A stretch of 64,000 nt of DNA, from the NCBI RefSeq assembly GCF_000315625.1, contig NW_005434598.1:84832-148831 (forward strand). The letters are read 5' to 3'. The notes beneath the pieces are model-generated. The model was not told where the DNA came from. It was given only the letters and a program-made list of their open reading frames with translations, and ran no database searches. Of the stretch, positions 60,129 through 64,000 are shown one piece after another. A program made the position numbers and the translations under genes. Each line of letters begins with the position of its first letter. The stretch's first letter is position 1. The DNA is from Guillardia theta CCMP2712. Lineage: Eukaryota; Protista; Cryptophyta.

Positions 60129-62551
60129 ATGCCGAGCAAGAACGGACTTCCGTTCAAATTCCGTAAGTTTGCGATGTCACACCAGTATAGACCCTCATGC
60201 TCCCTCCATCGCAGAGGAATTCGCTGCTCACAATGGTGACGTGCATTGCGTTCACGTGGGAAGGAACTCGTGCAAGGTAAGAATGATCTGCGTTTGTCGC
60301 CATGCTGATCGCACGACCAGGTCATAGCCACTGGAGGATCAGATAGAAAGGTGAGAAAGTGACAGCACAAATACATTTTCAATGGTAATGTTGACCTTGT
60401 CAAGGTGAATGTCTGGGCGCTCGGGAAACCAAATGCTGTCCTCAGTCTGACAGGGCACACGTCCCCAGTGACGAGGTAAACAAGATTGAGAACACATTTG
60501 TTATCCCTTCACTCTTCCGGAGTTCTATCATCACACCCTGTCTGATCATACTCCTCTGTTCCTTCTATCATCTCACTTCGTCCGAAAGCATTTGTTTCGA
60601 CGGGCAAGAAGAGGTGATTGTTGGAGGCTCTTCGAGTGGAACGATCAAACTGTGGGATCTCGACCAAGGAAAAGGTGAATGGCATGATGATGATGAGATG
60701 ATGATGAATATCTTGGAGATGGAGATGGTGATAGTGATGGTGATGGTGATGGTGATGGTGATAGTGATGGTGATGATTGCGATGAGTAGCAGGGAAGATG
60801 GTGTAGAATGATGTTGTTTGCTGAAATTTGATCGTTTATTGCCAGCTATTCGAACGTTGCTGGGACATAGAACAGATTGTCTGTCTGTCGATTTCCACCC
60901 CTACGGCGCTTTCTTTGCATCAGGGTCACTTGACACAAACTTGAAGGTAAGCAATTCTGAGATGAAAAAGTTGTTTTTCTTGCAGTTGTTGGGTGAGGTA
61001 TCACTGAACTACATGTTAGATATGGGATATCAGGAGGAAAGCCTGCATTCAAACGTACAAAGGTCACTTACAAGGGGTCACTGCCGTTCGTTTCAGCCCC
61101 GACGGCAAGTGGATCGTCTCGGGTGAGTTCAGAGTCAAACCTGATGATGTTTTGATCACGATGCGATGGTTTCAATCTCGTAGGCTCGGAAGATGGGCAA
61201 GTCAAGTTATGGGACTTGACAGCCGGCAAGATTTTGTGCGAGTACGAGGTGAAAGAGATGAAGAGCCTCACTCGCAACGTGGTCACGCAGCGTTATGGCA
61301 GCACGAAGGACCTATAACCTCCCTTGACTTCCATCCTTCTGAGTTAGTCATGGTGACAATTTGGATGATGAGATACCGTAGGAAGTAGATGACGATGCTG
61401 TTGCAAACTTGAAAACAGATCAGTGGCAGTATGGACCGCACGATCAAAGTCATCGATCTTGACGAACTCAAGGTGTCTGCTATGTTTGCACTAGTTCAAT
61501 GTCTCTTACGACATTCCTGACATGATCTCTATCACCAGACACTAAGATCAACTCCTCCTGAAGGAATGGGCATCTTAGAGAACATGTTCTCTCCCGATGG
61601 ACAAGCAGTGTTGTCAGTGACAGGAGATTATCTCAAGGCAATCGCTTCACTGTTCTGTTGGTTCGTGACATGTAGAGAGCAGGTCTGGCAGTATGAGCCA
61701 TCATGCCAGCCTTTGGACAGTGTAGAAGTTGGATGGACGTCCGTTGCTGATATGTGCGTCAACTCGGCATCTCAGGTTGTAGACGTGCTTGACCGATCAG
61801 TTTCCTTCTCAACCTCCTCAACTTTCAGCGTGAGTTGTGGATGTTCATGTCAATGACTCTTGTTGCTAGATCGTTGCTTGCACGACCAATCAGTGCTTTG
61901 TGCAAGTCTGGGCGCTCAACCTGACAGAGATACATCCTTGGCGTACAGAACCATCATATTCGGCAGAGGATTCTGAGAGTGAGAAGAAGTTTCAGTCGCA
62001 CACGATCGATTGACGTGTGTTGATAGAAGCGACTTCAAGGTTGGAGGGCTCACACGACGACGACGGAAGAGACAACCGAACATCAGAGAAGGAGAAGGCA
62101 AAGAAGGAGGCGATGGAAATGCAGAAGAAAGCATTCCTTGCTGCTCAGGTAAAGCAGCGATGGGTAGATCGATCTAGCAACCCTTGTGATGTAGCGCTGA
62201 AAGAATCATGTGCTAAGATAGCGAAAGATGTATCTTAGACGAGTTTGCGTTGCGAGATAGTTTACAGGAGATGTACTTCACTTTCCTAGTGTGATGGGAG
62301 AAACGTGACGAAGATAAACGTTAGGTGAAGGCGAAGAAAGAGCGGGAGGCTCTAGAGCAACGATCTTCCCCCTCTCCCTCTGCTCGGCAGAACGGAGCTG
62401 ATGCAGGCGTGTCGAGTGAGAGTTCAAGGAGGGACGCGAACAATGGCGTTCAGAAGGCGCGAGCGAACGTCGCGGCGCAGGTCACGAAGGGAGCCGACCC
62501 TACGAAAACTTTGCAGGTGACGATGGCGAGTTGCTAGTGAGATGAAAAGGG

Positions 62552-62631
<80 letters not shown>

Positions 62632-64000
62632 ATGATGATGATGGAGAAGAGTAGAGGAGAACTCCGGCGAGAAATTCTGAGATGACGAGAATGTCAAATC
62701 GCCTTTGTCGATGTCAAACTTTATTTCGCTGAGTCCAAAACGTCAGGAGAAATGGTCAAACCTACAACGGCAATGGGGAGGGATGGAGAAAGGAAGGATG
62801 CGAGATCAGGCAGATTTGGACCCATCGGTTGAAGTGACAGGAGGAGGAGGAGGAGGAGGAGGAGGAGAGAAGAGAGATGATGTAGCTGGACCGTTGAGAA
62901 CAAGTAACAAGGAGAACTTTGAGGATTCGACGATGCTGCAGAACAAGACAGAAAAAGATGACCCTCGTAATCAAGACATGCACGTGGAGAAGAGTGCGAT
63001 CTTCTCCTTCACTGTTTCCATCTGTGAGCATGAACAAGCAGGTGAAGACGAGGTCATATCCGATGCAAGAAAAGTTTCATTGCAAGAGAATGCAAAGAGG
63101 TCGGCGAGCATTCAAGTGAAGATGTACATCCTCGTCTCCTGACGTTTGCTGTAGAACGGAGGAGGAGGAACGGACGAGCGTGATTGCAGACAGAAAGAAT
63201 GTAGTCAGCGGCAAAGTTGAACTGAAGAGCTCGATGGAGGAGGAGGAGGAGGCTGCGGCGGACAAGACTCGAGAGCTGCTGGTCCAAGAGAAGATGAATC
63301 AACTGTTCAAGTTGCAGATCTCATCCGACAACAAGGAGGAAGAGGCCCAGTTGGCACCTGGCCCTCCTTCCTTCTCGTCCTCCCCTGCTGTCCACCGGCA
63401 AGACAGGATGCCGAACAAAGTTGAAGCTGATCAGAAGAAGAACGAAAAACAAGTGATGCTTACTCTGTTCCTCTCCCCAACACTTCCCTCCTATACCTCC
63501 GATCCCTCCTATCCCTCCTGTTCTCCTCTTCCTCGTCCTCCCCTTCCTATGTCCTCCCTTGTCCTGTTTCCCGTCTCCTCTTCGTTTCTCCCTTCCTCTC
63601 ATCTCTCACGTTTCTTCAGATTTTGAAGAGACTGATGGAACGGAGCAAAGACATGCGAGCAAACCTCAACAAGAGCCTCGAAGCTCACAGGTGGAGGAGG
63701 AGATAGACGAGGAGGAAAAAAGCGTGAGGAGGAGGATTGGAAAGGGGGAGGGAGAGGGTGGGGGGGTGCAGGAGGTGTTGGTGGTGGTGGTGATGGTTGA
63801 GGAGGAGGAGGAGGAGGACGAGGATAGGAAGGGAAAGGTGTGTTGGAGGAGGAGGGGAAGGGGGTGGAGGAGGAAAGGGGGAGGAGGAGGAAGAGGAGGA
63901 GGAGTAGGACTTACGCAGTTGTTACCAGAGCAATCCTTGGTCACTGGAGGAAAGGAGATTTCAACGCTGCTGCGAAGGTTGTTGCCCAAACAGAAGGGAT
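60129..64000 (+). CDS. KATNB1: Katanin p80 WD40 subunit B1; spliced, continues past the window end
   Basis: '[43 protein letters not shown]', '[12 protein letters not shown]', '[35 protein letters not shown]', '[11 protein letters not shown]' and '[14 protein letters not shown]'. Confidence 0.95.
62552..62643 (+). repeat. (GAT)n microsatellite in a KATNB1 intron
   Basis: Direct repeat visible in the sequence. Confidence 0.95.

Overview
Eukaryotic nuclear DNA from a draft assembly (11 N-gaps). The very short (~40-50 nt) GT-AG introns, purine/pyrimidine microsatellite-expanded introns and gene content suggest a cryptophyte-type alga such as Guillardia theta; this is an inference. About 20 mostly spliced protein genes are supported: nucleotide-sugar transporter, beta-helix protein, MFSD5-type transporter, truncated AMP-binding protein, PH protein, FANCL, NIMA kinase with RCC1 repeats, HAD-like protein, TMX-like thioredoxin, collagen-like membrane protein, katanin p80, and hypotheticals. 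Highlights: (1) an intact, intronless 845-aa Crypton-type tyrosine-recombinase/GCR1_C-like ORF in which four catalytic positions, including the Tyr nucleophile, appear substituted, making it a candidate domesticated DNA-binding gene; (2) a recurring two-part intergenic module, a TACCC/GGGTA-rich tract plus a CCGG/GGCC island built from micro-palindromes and shared words, found at most gene 5' boundaries; (3) a ~490-bp diverged inverted duplication. No rRNA, tRNA or CRISPR was seen. Spliced gene boundaries were read by eye and are approximate.
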